From Candidatus Latescibacterota bacterium (GTDB taxonomy: Bacteria > Latescibacterota > UBA2968), in contig OZ240241.1 of NCBI GenBank assembly GCA_965198115.1, positions 7,072,001 to 7,136,000 of the forward strand: a DNA stretch of 64,000 bases, in the 5' to 3' direction. Position 1 is the first letter of the stretch; every line of letters starts with the position of its first letter. Shown here in pieces: positions 21,268-32,088 of this stretch. Both the position numbers and the translations under genes were made by a program. The notes under the pieces are model-generated. The model did no database searches, was not told the DNA's origin, and saw only the letters and a list, made by a program, of their open reading frames with translations.

Positions 21268-21378
21268 CGGGGGATGGACAGTGGACGGTAGACGGTAGAC
21301 CGAGAGACGGCTTTCGCCCCATTACCGGTGGGAGCGGTCGGACCCTGTCCCGAGCGGAGCCGAGGGAGACCGCGAACT
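21265..21378. repeat. 7-bp tandem array (CGGTAGA) followed by a REP-like palindrome between convergent dctM and dctP
   Basis: GGATGGA CAGTGGA CGGTAGA CGGTAGA; GGTGGGAGCGGTC...CCCTGTCCCGAGCGGAGCCGAGGG...GACCGCGAACT. Confidence 0.6.
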
Positions 21379-21459
21379 GAATTGCAGTCCAAGTAATACA
21401 CAAACGGCCGATTCGCACGTTCGCGAGTCGGCCGCTTTGCTGTTGGTATGGAACGAGTG

Positions 21460-22578
21460 CTATGTAGAGAGTTTGGTGTAGTACATCTTCTCGGAAAGCT
21501 GGGCCCACTCGCCGACGTCTTTGCGGAAGGCGTCGAATGACGCGAAGACCTTTTTGCTCATCGGATCGGCGGAGACGATCTCGTCGATCACTTCGGCCGC
21601 ATAGCTGCGAAGGCGATCGAGGACTTCATCGGGGAACGCGCGTAGCTCCACGTTGTGCTGGTCGACGAGTTCCCTGAGTGCGGTGTTGTTCTGAGCTTCG
21701 AGTTCGGTGGCCATCCAGAGATTGAGTCGAGCGGCCGCGCTGCGGATGATGGTTTGCAGGTCGAGTGTGAGGGATTCGAACGCGCTTTTGTTGACGAGGA
21801 GCTCCAGGACCGTCCCGGGTTCGTGCCACCCCGGGTAGTAGTAGTATTTCGCAGCTTTGTGGAAGCCCATCAGCTTGTCGTGATAAGGGCCGATCCACTC
21901 CGTCGCATCGATCACGCCACGTTCGAGGTTTGTGTAGACCTCGCCGCCGGCGGAGAGCACGGCTGAGCCACCGGCTTTCGCGATGACCTTTCCACCGAGA
22001 CCTGGGATCCTCATTTTCAAGCCCTGAAAGTCGTCGATGTTGTTAATCTCGCGGTTGAACCAGCCTCCCATCTGGACGCCAGTGTTCCCGGCGGGCATGG
22101 GGACGAGGTTGAACGGCGCGTAGAGCTCGTCCCACAGTGCCTGGCCGCCGCCCGCGTAGATCCAGGCGTTCATCTGCTGCGCGTTCATTCCGAAAGGCAC
22201 TGCTGCGAAGAACTGGGTTGCCGGGGCTTTGCCCGCCCAGTAGTAGGCGGCACCGTGGCACATTTCGGCGATGCCTTGGCTGACAGCGTCGAACCCCTCG
22301 AAGGGGGGAATCAGTTCTCCCCCGCCATAAACTCGGATTCTGATACGACCCTCGGACATTTCCTCGATCCACGCCGCGAGATGATCGGCTCCAACCCCGA
22401 GAACTGGAAAGTGAGGAGGCCAGGTGGTCACCATCTTCCACTCGTAGGTTTTCGACGATCTGACGGATGGTGCACCGCCGTCGTTCGGAGCAGCGCAGGA
22501 CGCCAGTGCGGCCGAGCCGACCGCAGCGGCCGAGGCTTTACGCAGGAATGTGCGTCGATGGACCCTTTCCAATCTCAT
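21460..22578 (-). CDS. dctP: TRAP solute-binding protein (TakP-like), Tat signal, probable lipoprotein
   Basis: RRTFLRK twin-arginine, LASC, WKMVTTWP, GNTGVQMGGWF, KMRIPG, YYYPGWHEP. Confidence 0.92.
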   Translation of the reverse strand: MRLERVHRRTFLRKASAAAVGSAALASCAAPNDGGAPSVRSSKTYEWKMVTTWPPHFPVLGVGADHLAAWIEEMSEGRIRIRVYGGGELIPPFEGFDAVSQGIAEMCHGAAYYWAGKAPATQFFAAVPFGMNAQQMNAWIYAGGGQALWDELYAPFNLVPMPAGNTGVQMGGWFNREINNIDDFQGLKMRIPGLGGKVIAKAGGSAVLSAGGEVYTNLERGVIDATEWIGPYHDKLMGFHKAAKYYYYPGWHEPGTVLELLVNKSAFESLTLDLQTIIRSAAARLNLWMATELEAQNNTALRELVDQHNVELRAFPDEVLDRLRSYAAEVIDEIVSADPMSKKVFASFDAFRKDVGEWAQLSEKMYYTKLST

Positions 22579-22722
22579 CCTCCTGTCGATTCTGTTGAGG
22601 GGACAATATACGAATGGCCGTCGGTCGAGACCTACCGGCACTTTTGGAAAGTCGGCTATCCATCGTCGACGATTCCCTATACTTAGCGTATAGGCTTCTC
22701 CCGGGAACCACAGCCGAGAACC

Positions 22723-23487
22723 GTGATGAATCTCCTGCTGTTGCGCTTTCCTTCCATCCTGACCACGCTCGAGTCCGCCCGAGCCGACCGAGACCAGTTC
22801 AGACGTCTCCTGAACGATCGTCGAAACAGCGTGACGGTTTCCACTCGGGCCAAGCGTCCCTCGTTCGATCTTCACCTCGGCCATCGAACAAGAATGCTCC
22901 AGTCGGGCGTGACCGTGTTCGTCGTGGGTGCACTCGTCGTGAGCACGCTCCCTGACCTCACGATCCGAAGCGTGAAGCGCCAGACGGAGCAGATCGTCAT
23001 TCAGATGGACGATATTCCCGAAACGCGCCAGGTCAGACGCCCGCCGCCTCCGCCCCGCCCAGCCGTTCCGATCGAGACCGAGAGCGAGGACGTACCAGAC
23101 GACGTCACGATTGAAAGTACGGACCTCGACTTCGACGATGTCGTGTTAGATCTTCCTCCTCCTCCGAGTGAGATCGCCGATCAGGCAATGGAAGACGAAC
23201 CGATCGAGGTCTGGGCGGTGGAAGAAAAGCCCAAGGCCATCACACGAGTAGTACCTAAATATCCGCTTTTCGCTCAGAAGGCCGGCATCGAAGGGACCGT
23301 GCTGATCCGGATCCTGCTTGGAAAGGACGGGAGGGTTAAGGAAGCAAGGGTGATGAATGGTAAGGAAATCTTGCGCGAATCCGCACTCGAGGCCGTTAAG
23401 CAGTATGTGTTCACACCAGCCCGGCAGAACGACCGTCCCGTGCAGGTTTGGATGGCAATACCAATCCGGTTCAGGTTGAGGGACTGA
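22723..23487 (+). CDS. tonB: Energy transducer TonB
   Basis: TM anchor, Pro-rich linker, PKYPLFAQKAGIEGTV, FTPARQNDRPVQVWMAIPIRF; start uncertain. Confidence 0.88.
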   Translation: MMNLLLLRFPSILTTLESARADRDQFRRLLNDRRNSVTVSTRAKRPSFDLHLGHRTRMLQSGVTVFVVGALVVSTLPDLTIRSVKRQTEQIVIQMDDIPETRQVRRPPPPPRPAVPIETESEDVPDDVTIESTDLDFDDVVLDLPPPPSEIADQAMEDEPIEVWAVEEKPKAITRVVPKYPLFAQKAGIEGTVLIRILLGKDGRVKEARVMNGKEILRESALEAVKQYVFTPARQNDRPVQVWMAIPIRFRLRD

Positions 23488-23586
23488 CCGAGCTACGTCA
23501 GGGTATCCAAGAAGTGCCCGCGTCTGAGCCAACGGGTAGAATGATGCGTTCGAGCGGCTTCTGGGTCCCGGAGCCGCTTGTTTCTT

Positions 23587-24540
23587 TCAGTCTGGGGACG
23601 GCTGACGAGCCGTTTTGCCCGGAACAGCGCCGATCATAGATCCTACGACAACCAGGAGTGCGCCGAACAGGGCGACGGTGTTGACGTTTTCGAGTGGGAG
23701 CCGATCGACGTAGGGAGCGACAGCAAGGGAGGCCGCCAGGGTAACCAACGGGATGTTGGCGATGACGATGCCGGCTGTCGATGCCCGTACGTGACGGAGC
23801 GATGATGCGAACGCGACGTAGGAGGTCGCCGTGATCGCGATGCAGACAATCAGGATGGCCACCATCTGCGGGCCGAGTCGCCAGATGCTGCTGTGATCGA
23901 CGGCTATGGCGAGGATGAAACCGCCGGTTGCGTAGCATCCGAGCATCGTGGTTCGCGATCCTACCAGTTCGGTCAGTTTCTTCTGAAGGAGCACGTATGC
24001 CGCCCAGGCCACGGCCGCCAGAGTGATGAGCCCGACGCCTGTCACGAAGGCGGATGACAAGGAACGAAACTCGCCGAGACGCTGGTTGAAGAACAGAGTG
24101 CACCCGACCAGGAGAATGAGGACGCCCAGCCACTGACGCCGTGTGAACGGCTCGTTGAACAGGAAAACCCCGCCAAAGACGACGAAGAACGGTGAGACCT
24201 GGAGGATGATCTGGGCAGTGCCCGGGGTCAGATACGCGAGGCCGCTCATGTACAGTGTGTAGTTCGCAGATAAGCCGAGCCCGGCTGCGACAATGAGCCA
24301 CCGTGTGGACGCGTGCGATATGGCAGCCTTGAACCGCGCGGCACCTTTGGAACCGCTGACCAGGGCGATGCTGAGACCGGCGAAGATGAAGCGATACCAA
24401 GTGAGGGTGATGGGGTCGACTTCGGTGATGAGGACCTTCAGCAACAGCGGAAGCGCCCCGAAACACAGCATCGCGTAAACGATCAAGGTCCAGCCGAGCG
24501 CGACGCTGCGCGATGTGGGTGCCTCCAAGGATTCTGTCAT
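23587..24540 (-). CDS. DMT/EamA-family transporter
   Basis: About 10 TM helices; LTWYRF, NYTLYMSGLAYLTP, E.F...QWLG. Confidence 0.88.
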   Translation of the reverse strand: MTESLEAPTSRSVALGWTLIVYAMLCFGALPLLLKVLITEVDPITLTWYRFIFAGLSIALVSGSKGAARFKAAISHASTRWLIVAAGLGLSANYTLYMSGLAYLTPGTAQIILQVSPFFVVFGGVFLFNEPFTRRQWLGVLILLVGCTLFFNQRLGEFRSLSSAFVTGVGLITLAAVAWAAYVLLQKKLTELVGSRTTMLGCYATGGFILAIAVDHSSIWRLGPQMVAILIVCIAITATSYVAFASSLRHVRASTAGIVIANIPLVTLAASLAVAPYVDRLPLENVNTVALFGALLVVVGSMIGAVPGKTARQPSPD

Positions 24541-24555
24541 CGGTCGAGGTAGCGG

Positions 24556-25632
24556 TTACATCCCGGAGGGCAAGTGGTAACCTTCCGTGTTCAGTCGAAT
24601 GCTGTAGAGGCTTTTGCCGGCGGTGATGTAAAGGAGGTTGGCGTCCTTTCCGCGGCCGAAGGCGACGTTCGTGGGGATTTCGAGCTCGGTGGGGAGATAC
24701 ACGACGTCGGGGTTCTGGATGGGCTTCAAATCTGTCGGGATGAATCCGAGCTCCTGCCCTTCTGGATCACGAACGGCGATGCCCGGACGCTTCATGCTGC
24801 GTTCGGCGACGTAGATGTTGCCGTGGATATCGGCGACAAGGCCGTCCGGACCATCTTCGGGCCAGTAGTCGACGAGAACTTTTCGGAAGGTGGCCGTTCC
24901 ATCAGTGTGGAGGTCGTAGGCGAGGAGTGCCATTCGTCCTTTGTGGTAGGTCGTCTCGGGTGGCAAGCGGTCGAATGCGACGGCGCCGTTGTCATTGCTG
25001 ACGACATAGAGCGTTCTCTGATCGGGTGAGATGGCGACGCCGTTGGGCTTGCCTGCGTCGGTGATGACGCGATGGATGGACGCGTCGGTGTCGATGCGGT
25101 AGACGCCCATCACGGGCTGGTCGACGGGCTCGTGGCCGAGGTATCGGGGGTCGCTGAAGTAGATGCGGCCCTTTTCGTCGATGGTGATGTCGTTGGGCGC
25201 GTTGAACGGTCGGCTTTCGTAAAGTCCGGCGATGATGTAGCTCTTTCCCGTTTCCATATCGGTTCGGATGACCGTGCGGCCGCCGTAGTCAGCGCCCCGG
25301 GCGACGAGCATATCCCCGTTCGCATCGAATTTGATGCCGTTGGACATTCCGCTGGGTGACCGGAAGATGGACGTTTTGCCTGTTTCAGGGTCATAGCGCC
25401 AGATGTGACCCGCCTCGACGGCATTCGGCAGGGCCGCGAAGGTGAACGTGATGTCGCTGAAATAGACACGTCCATCGGGGGCAACGGCCGCGCCCTCGGT
25501 CAGGGTCGTTCCACCCGCGAAGAGCGTGTCGAGCGATGGGTCATCCGGAACGATCTGTCCGGATGTGTGACCGAGCCCGCAGATGAGAAGGCCCGTTATT
25601 ATACCAAGCGTATGACGACGGGTTCTGCGCAT
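24556..25632 (-). CDS. SMP-30/gluconolactonase/LRE-family exported protein
   Basis: TEG, YFSDI, SNG, NAPND, PNGVAISPD, GPDGL, TNVAFG. Confidence 0.9.
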   Translation of the reverse strand: MRRTRRHTLGIITGLLICGLGHTSGQIVPDDPSLDTLFAGGTTLTEGAAVAPDGRVYFSDITFTFAALPNAVEAGHIWRYDPETGKTSIFRSPSGMSNGIKFDANGDMLVARGADYGGRTVIRTDMETGKSYIIAGLYESRPFNAPNDITIDEKGRIYFSDPRYLGHEPVDQPVMGVYRIDTDASIHRVITDAGKPNGVAISPDQRTLYVVSNDNGAVAFDRLPPETTYHKGRMALLAYDLHTDGTATFRKVLVDYWPEDGPDGLVADIHGNIYVAERSMKRPGIAVRDPEGQELGFIPTDLKPIQNPDVVYLPTELEIPTNVAFGRGKDANLLYITAGKSLYSIRLNTEGYHLPSGM

Positions 25633-25662
25633 TGCGTTCGTCCTCCGTGAACCGTTCTGATG

Positions 25663-27120
25663 CTACATACCGAATAGCTTTTGGTACAACCCCCACCCGT
25701 TGATTCCGGCGAATGCGGCCAGCACGGCAGCGGATACGACGGAACCGATCAGGAAGGGGAGGTTGACTCTGTAGGGACGGGGAAGCACGAAATTCAGATA
25801 GATCGCCGCGATGATGGCGAGGGCGATCGTGAAGTTGGCCAGGATGAATCCGGCGATCTGCGTGAGAATGTCAAACGGGATATCGGCCCAGACAATGATC
25901 ATCGTGGCGCAGAAGATGTAGGTGCAGACACGTGTCTTGATACGGTCGTAATCCCACACACGATCCGGCCAGATGGCCTCAAAGAATTCCTGGATGACTC
26001 GAGCGTAGACCTCGGGCAAGGCCTGGAGCGTGCCCCATAGTGCGGCCAGGATGCAGACGTAGTAGACCCAGACGAGGGAAGGATGGATGTTGCTCCAGAC
26101 GTGTGCCTGGTTTGTGAGGAGTCCCCAGCCTTCGAATTGCGCTTCGAGTGGGTAAAGGACCGCAGCGCCCGATACCATAAACGCGGCCGTGACGAAGAAC
26201 AGGACGAGAGCGCCGAGGCCTACGTCCCACCGCAACGGCGTGGCCAGGGCTTTGAGACGGTTCGCTTCGGCAGGATCTTCGGGGAGATAGTCGATCGTTG
26301 CGGAGGCGAAAGCACGGTTTCGGATCTCGGCGATCTTTTCGTGACCGGCCAGGCCCCATCTGTGAATGCCCACCCAGTTGGCGTAGACCAGGTAGGACAT
26401 CACGCTGCCACCCACGTAGCCGAACGTTGTGGACATCGTCAGATAGGGATGTCGGACTGCGTCCGGGGGTGCCCAATCCGGATAGGAGGGTAGATTGCCG
26501 ACTGCAAGGGTGCCGGTCACCGTCCTGAGGAAATCGGGTTGGACGAGAAGCGTTCCCATGAGCGTGCCGACAACGAGGATGCAGCAGATGGCGATCTGTT
26601 GCTTCTCCAGCCGTTCGAACGACAACCGGACGCTCATCAGGATTGCTGCGGCAACGAATAGCGAGGTGATAATGTTCTCCCAAACGGGTTCTGATATGGA
26701 TGTCGGGAGGATGTTCTGCAGGAGGAAGTGGAACAGGTCTCCGCAGGGTTTCGCGATCGGAACCCAACCGAGCGGAGCGCCGATCATTTCGGCACCGACG
26801 ATGAGGAGGAGGAGCCAGCCACGGGGCCCGGGCAGCTTGACCAGGCGGTGACCGATGTACTCGCCACTGATGGCCGTGTATCGTCCGAACAAGTAGGTGA
26901 CGAAGATGCCCTTGACGATGCAGCTTATCAGGACCAGCCACAAGAGGTCGTAGCCGGCCCAGGCGCCGGCTCGGACGACGACGATAGTTTCGCCCGCGCC
27001 GATGGAGAGGGATGCGACGATGGCCGCCGGTCCAAAGACCCCGAGCAGGCCGATGAACTTCCTCACCGACCAGGGCTGTGCGAAGACACCCGTTTGCTCC
27101 GGGATGTCGATTCTCTCCAA
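25663..27120 (-). CDS. Nramp-like (APC superfamily) membrane transporter
   Basis: GPAAIVASLSIGAGE...GAWAGYDLLW; about 11 TM; AGGAGG RBS before TTG 27120. Confidence 0.8.
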   Translation of the reverse strand: MERIDIPEQTGVFAQPWSVRKFIGLLGVFGPAAIVASLSIGAGETIVVVRAGAWAGYDLLWLVLISCIVKGIFVTYLFGRYTAISGEYIGHRLVKLPGPRGWLLLLIVGAEMIGAPLGWVPIAKPCGDLFHFLLQNILPTSISEPVWENIITSLFVAAAILMSVRLSFERLEKQQIAICCILVVGTLMGTLLVQPDFLRTVTGTLAVGNLPSYPDWAPPDAVRHPYLTMSTTFGYVGGSVMSYLVYANWVGIHRWGLAGHEKIAEIRNRAFASATIDYLPEDPAEANRLKALATPLRWDVGLGALVLFFVTAAFMVSGAAVLYPLEAQFEGWGLLTNQAHVWSNIHPSLVWVYYVCILAALWGTLQALPEVYARVIQEFFEAIWPDRVWDYDRIKTRVCTYIFCATMIIVWADIPFDILTQIAGFILANFTIALAIIAAIYLNFVLPRPYRVNLPFLIGSVVSAAVLAAFAGINGWGLYQKLFGM

Positions 27121-27232
27121 AGTGAGCCTCCTATGAATGGCCACTAAGGAACGACCTGAAAGGGTGTGTACCAAATAGAAACGGACACCGAGAAACCCGG
27201 TGTCCGCTGCGTTGGTCGGCCGATCCGTAGTG

Positions 27233-27964
27233 TCAGAGATCGATACCGCGTGACCTGGCGACCGTGAGACTGGCCTGCAATAACGATTCGTGATTTTCTC
27301 CAGCGTCGAGCCACCAGCCCTCGAGGCGGTCGTACATCATCTCGCCCCGCTCGATGTATGCATTGTTGACGTCGGTGATTTCAAGTTCTCCGCGCTGCGA
27401 CGGCTCGAGGCCGTCGACGATTTCAAATACGTCAGACGGATACATATAGACGCCAATCACAGCTGTGTTCGTCGGTGGGACTTCGGGCTTTTCGATGATC
27501 CGCTTGATGCGATCGCCATCGGTTTCGGCGATGCCGTATTCCCAGGGGTGAGCGACTTCCTTGAGGAAAATCCGAGCACCTCTTTCTTGGTTCTCAAAGG
27601 CATCGACGCTCGGTTTGATGTTCCGTTCGAGGATGTTGTCGCCAAGGACCACGATCATCTTGTCGTCACCGACGAAACCACGACAGAGGCCGAGGGCTTC
27701 GGCGATGCCGCCATTGCCGGATTGATACGCGTAGTTAATCCGAGGGAGGCCGAAGTCCTCGCCGTTTCCGATAAGGTTCAAGAACTCCCCCGCAAAGTTG
27801 CCGTCGGTGAGGACGATGATGTCCGTGACACCTGCGTCGACGAGCATTTGGATGGGGTAGAAGACCATCGGCCGATCGAAGACGGGGAGGAGATGCTTGT
27901 TCGTGATGCGGGTCAGGGGTTGGAGTCGAGTTCCGAGCCCTCCCGCCAAGACGACACCTTTCAT
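27233..27964 (-). CDS. Sugar-phosphate nucleotidyltransferase (RmlA/SpsI-like)
   Basis: MKGVVLAGGLGTRLQPLT, NKHLLPV, LGDN, EKP, RGELEITDVN, WLDAG. Confidence 0.9.
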   Translation of the reverse strand: MKGVVLAGGLGTRLQPLTRITNKHLLPVFDRPMVFYPIQMLVDAGVTDIIVLTDGNFAGEFLNLIGNGEDFGLPRINYAYQSGNGGIAEALGLCRGFVGDDKMIVVLGDNILERNIKPSVDAFENQERGARIFLKEVAHPWEYGIAETDGDRIKRIIEKPEVPPTNTAVIGVYMYPSDVFEIVDGLEPSQRGELEITDVNNAYIERGEMMYDRLEGWWLDAGENHESLLQASLTVARSRGIDL

Positions 27965-28054
27965 CCGGATGCCCTTTCGATTCTGCGATGAGGAATCAGT
28001 CCTTCAGACGGTTGGATACACCAACCTTATGTGAAGAACGACGGGGGTCAACTG

Positions 28055-28093
28055 CATAGAACATAGAACATTGAACATAGAATATAGAACATT
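28055..28093. repeat. 7-bp tandem repeat CATAGAA x5.5
   Basis: CATAGAA CATAGAA CATTGAA CATAGAA TATAGAA CATT, in a divergent promoter region. Confidence 0.85.
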
Positions 28094-28188
28094 GTATGTG
28101 GTATACACGCCCGATGGGCTTGACGTTCGGATCGGATGAGGCCTAACGTTGAGTAGAGTCGTTACCCTCAACCGCGAGGAAAGACGCT

Positions 28189-28845
28189 ATGAAAACATTC
28201 AACTGGGTCACTGCGATCGTGATGTTGACTGCGGGTTCATCCCACGCCGGAATCGGCATCACGGGGAAAGGCGGGACACTCGGAGTGGGGGGCGAGGCGA
28301 CATTCGGTGTGATCCCGATGGTCAATGTGCGTGGCGGATTGAACCTTTTGAATGTCGGCCTCAATCTGTCCGCTGGTGGTATCGACTACGATGCCGATCT
28401 CGAGCTGCTCTCTGCGCACGTCCTGGGCGATTTCCATCCGATACCGGAGAGAGGTTTTCGTCTGTCGGGCGGCATCATCTACAATGCGAACGACCTGCAA
28501 ATGGTCAGCGAGGAGCTGACGACGACAGTAGAGGTCGGGGGCCAGCCCTATCCCGTCTCCGATGTCGGAACCCTGGCGAGTCAGGTTGATTTCAAAACGA
28601 CCGTTCCCTACATCGGCCTCGGCTGGGGCAACGCCGCTGCGAGTCGCGTGGTGTTTTCGGTCGATCTGGGGGTGATGTTTCAAGGTTCACCGCAGGTGAC
28701 TCCGCGCGCCACCGGGCCGATTGCGGACGATCCCGTGTTCCAGGAGAATCTCAGAAGAGAAGCGCAGGAACTCCAAGATGACATCGCGTGGTTCAAATAC
28801 TATCCCGTTCTATCGATCGGGATCGGTTTCAAGATTACACCGTGA
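28189..28845 (+). CDS. Small outer-membrane beta-barrel-like protein
   Basis: Signal peptide, GTLGVGGE, PYIGLGWG, C-terminal YPVLSIGIGFK beta-signal-like strand. Confidence 0.75.
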   Translation: MKTFNWVTAIVMLTAGSSHAGIGITGKGGTLGVGGEATFGVIPMVNVRGGLNLLNVGLNLSAGGIDYDADLELLSAHVLGDFHPIPERGFRLSGGIIYNANDLQMVSEELTTTVEVGGQPYPVSDVGTLASQVDFKTTVPYIGLGWGNAAASRVVFSVDLGVMFQGSPQVTPRATGPIADDPVFQENLRREAQELQDDIAWFKYYPVLSIGIGFKITP

Positions 28846-28999
28846 CCTTTTCCCAACCCTGACCGAGTAGGGGGCAGGAGACTGTGAGCCGTCGAGATCT
28901 TTGCGATTTCGGCGGCCATTGTTTTGGGCAAAACGAAGGGCGAGTCTCGACGACAGACTCGCCCTTGCCCTGGCAAATGGCTCAAACTCACAGACCTGC

Positions 29000-29179
29000 T
29001 TAGCTGTCGTTGCCACCCATGATCATATGCCAACCGATTGCGAGGAGTGCCGTGTTTGCGCTCGCGCGTGAGAATCCCTCGGGGGGATAGCCGGCAATGT
29101 CGCCGCTCACGGTCCCGATGATGGCAAGGATGAGGGCAATCGCTGAAATCATGATGAGCGCTTTTGGGGCTGCTTCCAT
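29000..29179 (-). CDS. Small two-TM hypothetical protein (59 aa)
   Basis: AGGAGG RBS before ATG 29179; hydrophobic hairpin with PEGFSRAS linker. Confidence 0.65.
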   Translation of the reverse strand: MEAAPKALIMISAIALILAIIGTVSGDIAGYPPEGFSRASANTALLAIGWHMIMGGNDS

Positions 29180-29256
29180 AGGTTCCTCCTTGGGGCAGGA
29201 TTTGTGTGACGCATCCCCAGCTTCCCCAGCCCGTCGTGTGTCGTGTAGCCTACAAA

Positions 29257-29787
29257 GAGCTATAATCAAAAGGTGTGGAAAAAGAGAAAGGGCGACCCTA
29301 CCCTTCCCGTGAGATAGTTGATTCACACAAAACCGGGTGAGAGGCCCGGTTGGGAAGGAGGATCGCCGTGAAGGAACATACGCATAGAGCCCCATTGAAG
29401 TCCATGCCGACGTGGGAGACGGTTGACGATTGGATCCGTGAAGAGATCCAGGGCCGGTTCCAGTCCATTCTGGAGGAGGAGGCGACCGCGTTCTTGGGCC
29501 GGTCGTGGTATGAGCGCCGAGCCGAGGTCGATAGCTCCAGGGGCTACAGGAACGGCTACGGCAAGCCCCGGCGTCTCTCGACGAGCTGCGGAACGATCAA
29601 GGTCCGGCGTCCCCGGGTTCGTGGTCTGGAAGAGCGGTTTGAAAGCCGCATCCTCCCCCTGTTCGCCCGGAGAACCAGGGCCATTGGAGATCTGCTTCCC
29701 GACCTTTATCTCCACGGTCTCTCCCAGGGCGACTTCGAGTTGTCTTTGCGTGCGCTGCTCGGTGATGGCGCGCCGCTTTCGCCGACC
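29257..29787 (+). mobile_element. Truncated IS256-family element (left end plus 5' transposase)
   Basis: Near-identical to 51610-52186 (inverted); begins GAGCTATAATCAAAAGGTGTGG; YRNGYG..R, LYLHGLS. Confidence 0.88.
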
Positions 29788-29832
29788 CATCACCGGCGCC
29801 ACCCATTTCGCACAGGAGCCGAAAGGCAGTTT

Positions 29833-30078
29833 GGAACCACTGATGAACACGGATGAACACAGATAGGATCGGACCGGGGTGAGACCGTTTCAGCGAGACA
29901 CGAACAGATCGAGGGGCACTGTTGGGGCCGGAGCGATGGTTGATGTGATAGGGCGGGAGATCTCGAGCGAAGTCGAATATTGTCAGGTCTGGCTCTGTAG
30001 ACGGTTTATCGGAATGGATCGATCATTCCCGCCCTGACCAACCGCCATCTGGGTCTATCTGTGTTCATCGGTGGCTCC
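29833..30078. repeat. 246-bp element bounded by inverted 10-bp tandem arrays (CACAGATGAA)
   Basis: GGAACCACTGATGAACACGGATGAACACAGAT versus the reverse complement of the right end GGAGCCACCGATGAACACAGATAGACCCAGAT. Confidence 0.75.
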
Positions 30079-30085
30079 ACGCTTT

Positions 30086-30850
30086 TTATCGCACGGAGAC
30101 ATAGCCCACGGATTCATTGTGGGCGATTGCGTCGGGAAAGTTGGTGTAGAGGTGATCGAGGATGGCGTCGATGTGATCCTGACACACGGTTGATTCGTAA
30201 GGGAATTCCCCGGTTTCGCGGAACTGCTGACCGTTGCGGTCGTGGAAGTCGCCCCGCCGATCGGTGAATTGACCCCAGTGACCCATCGTATACCGGACTT
30301 CCCTGTGTCCCTCGGCACTGTCCGCCCACGCCTGCGGGAAAAGATCGGCGAACGATGGCACGGAGTTGAGCCAGCTGCCGCAGGCGACAGTGTCGATGTC
30401 GGGTCGATTGCGCTTGGAGTCTTCGAGCATCCGGATGAGGGCGGCGGCGAACGCGTCCTTTTTCGATGTCAGCGGTGATTCGGGTGCGTAGGTGTTGAAG
30501 ATGTGGATGTTGAGTCGTTCGCCGCCCCTGTAGTCGCACGACCAGCTCTCATATGGCCGGTCCTCCCGTGGTTCCTGGGGATCTCCTGTCGTGTCGACTT
30601 TCGCTTTGATGTCCGGCCAGAAGATCTCCAGGCCCTTCTCCTCGAGGGTGTTCGGGTCATCGATGTGTGCGTCGAAAACGTCGCGGAGACGATCGAGCAA
30701 AGCGGTCCATTCGGGAATGACGTCCCCTTTGGATGGATGGACGCCACCCGTGCTGAATCGGGTGTTGCGGAAGATGTTCACGCGATGGTTGAGCGCACCT
30801 TCGAAGTCGCTGGAACCTTCGAGGATGCGCTTTCGCGCGTACCAGAGACT
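30086..30850 (-). pseudogene. Hypothetical protein, 5'-truncated by IS630
   Basis: Open frame of about 255 codons (CGSWLNS, MGHWGQF) running into the IS end with no native start. Confidence 0.6.
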
Positions 30851-32088
30851 TAGTACTCCTGTTCTCAAATACGGTGACGTATTCTAAGCAGACTTTGCCA
30901 AGGGCGTATCGTAGAACCTGAGTTTGTCGATCATCTCCGCGAGATCTGTTCGTGTGAACTTCCATTTGAAGGGTGTGGCGATACGTCCGTAGCGTTCCTG
31001 AAAACCGAGGATTCTTGCCTCAAGCTCTTCGAGCGATGCAAATTCGATAGGTGTCAGAGCCTTGCGTTTGAGGATCGAGAAGTAGATCTCGATCTGATTG
31101 AGCCAGCTTGCGTGGATCGGAAGGTGAACGGGGTGGATGTTTGGCCACTTCCCCTGGATACGGTCGATGCATGTTTGCCCTCGGTGCGAGGAGCCATTAT
31201 CCACGATGAGGTAGACTTTCTTTGCCGAGCAATAGGGTTTCCGGCTCATGATCAGGCTCAGGAGCCGGTTGAAGGGCTCGATACCCGAAGAAGACTCACA
31301 GAGACCGAAGATTCGACCATTGTGCACGTCGAGAGCAGCCAGATAGGCCAGGGCTCCTTTCCGCTCGTATTCGTGTTTCAACGCGTGCCGCTCTGTTCGA
31401 GGCTGGCGGTAGGGTAACGTGCTTGCGAGCTCGTGCTTGAATACTGGTCTTTTCGTCGGCAGAAAGTACATATTCCCTCGGCCCTAAAGGCTTTCCTTGC
31501 CATTGGCGGTGATACAGATCAAGGACTCTACCTGCTTTGGTTTGGAAGTCCGGGTCCCGTGGGAAAATCCAGGAGCGATGATACCAAGGACGAATCGCGT
31601 CCTCGTTCAACCAGCGCCAGACAGTGGCGCCGCTGATCTTGGCAACGAAGCCCCTTTGCACTGCCTCGGCGGCAATCTCGGAACAGCTGAACCGCGAGAG
31701 CGGTATCCCGCTCTCGCTCGGTAGTTCACACGCCAGCGCCTTGATCTGAACGACCACCTGAGGGGGGAAAACCGGGCGGGCGCCCGGGACGAGATCTATC
31801 TTCGAGTCCCGAAAGACGCTCTTCGAAAAAGCGCTTACGCCATTTGCTTACGATCGGACGCGGAACATCCAACCGTTGGGCGATAATCTTGTTGGATAAT
31901 CCCTCGGCGGCGAGAAGCACGATTTTCGATCGGATCACTTGATAATACGGTAACGTATATTGTCCAGCCATTCGCTCGAGGTCGACCCGTTCCTTCTCAG
32001 ACAGTAGCACCACATAAGGCGAACGTCTTGGCATTGTTCTCCTCCTTTTGAAGGAGAACATAAGCTACAAATAATGTTCAGGACATAC
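30851..32088 (-). mobile_element. IS630-family element; transposase split over three frames (32034 to 30884)
   Basis: HTH orfA ending RPGRP, slippery TTTTCCCCCC, SADEKTSIQ, HEYER.G, DNGSSH, ASWLNQIEIYF; TA at the left end; right end approximate. Confidence 0.88.
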
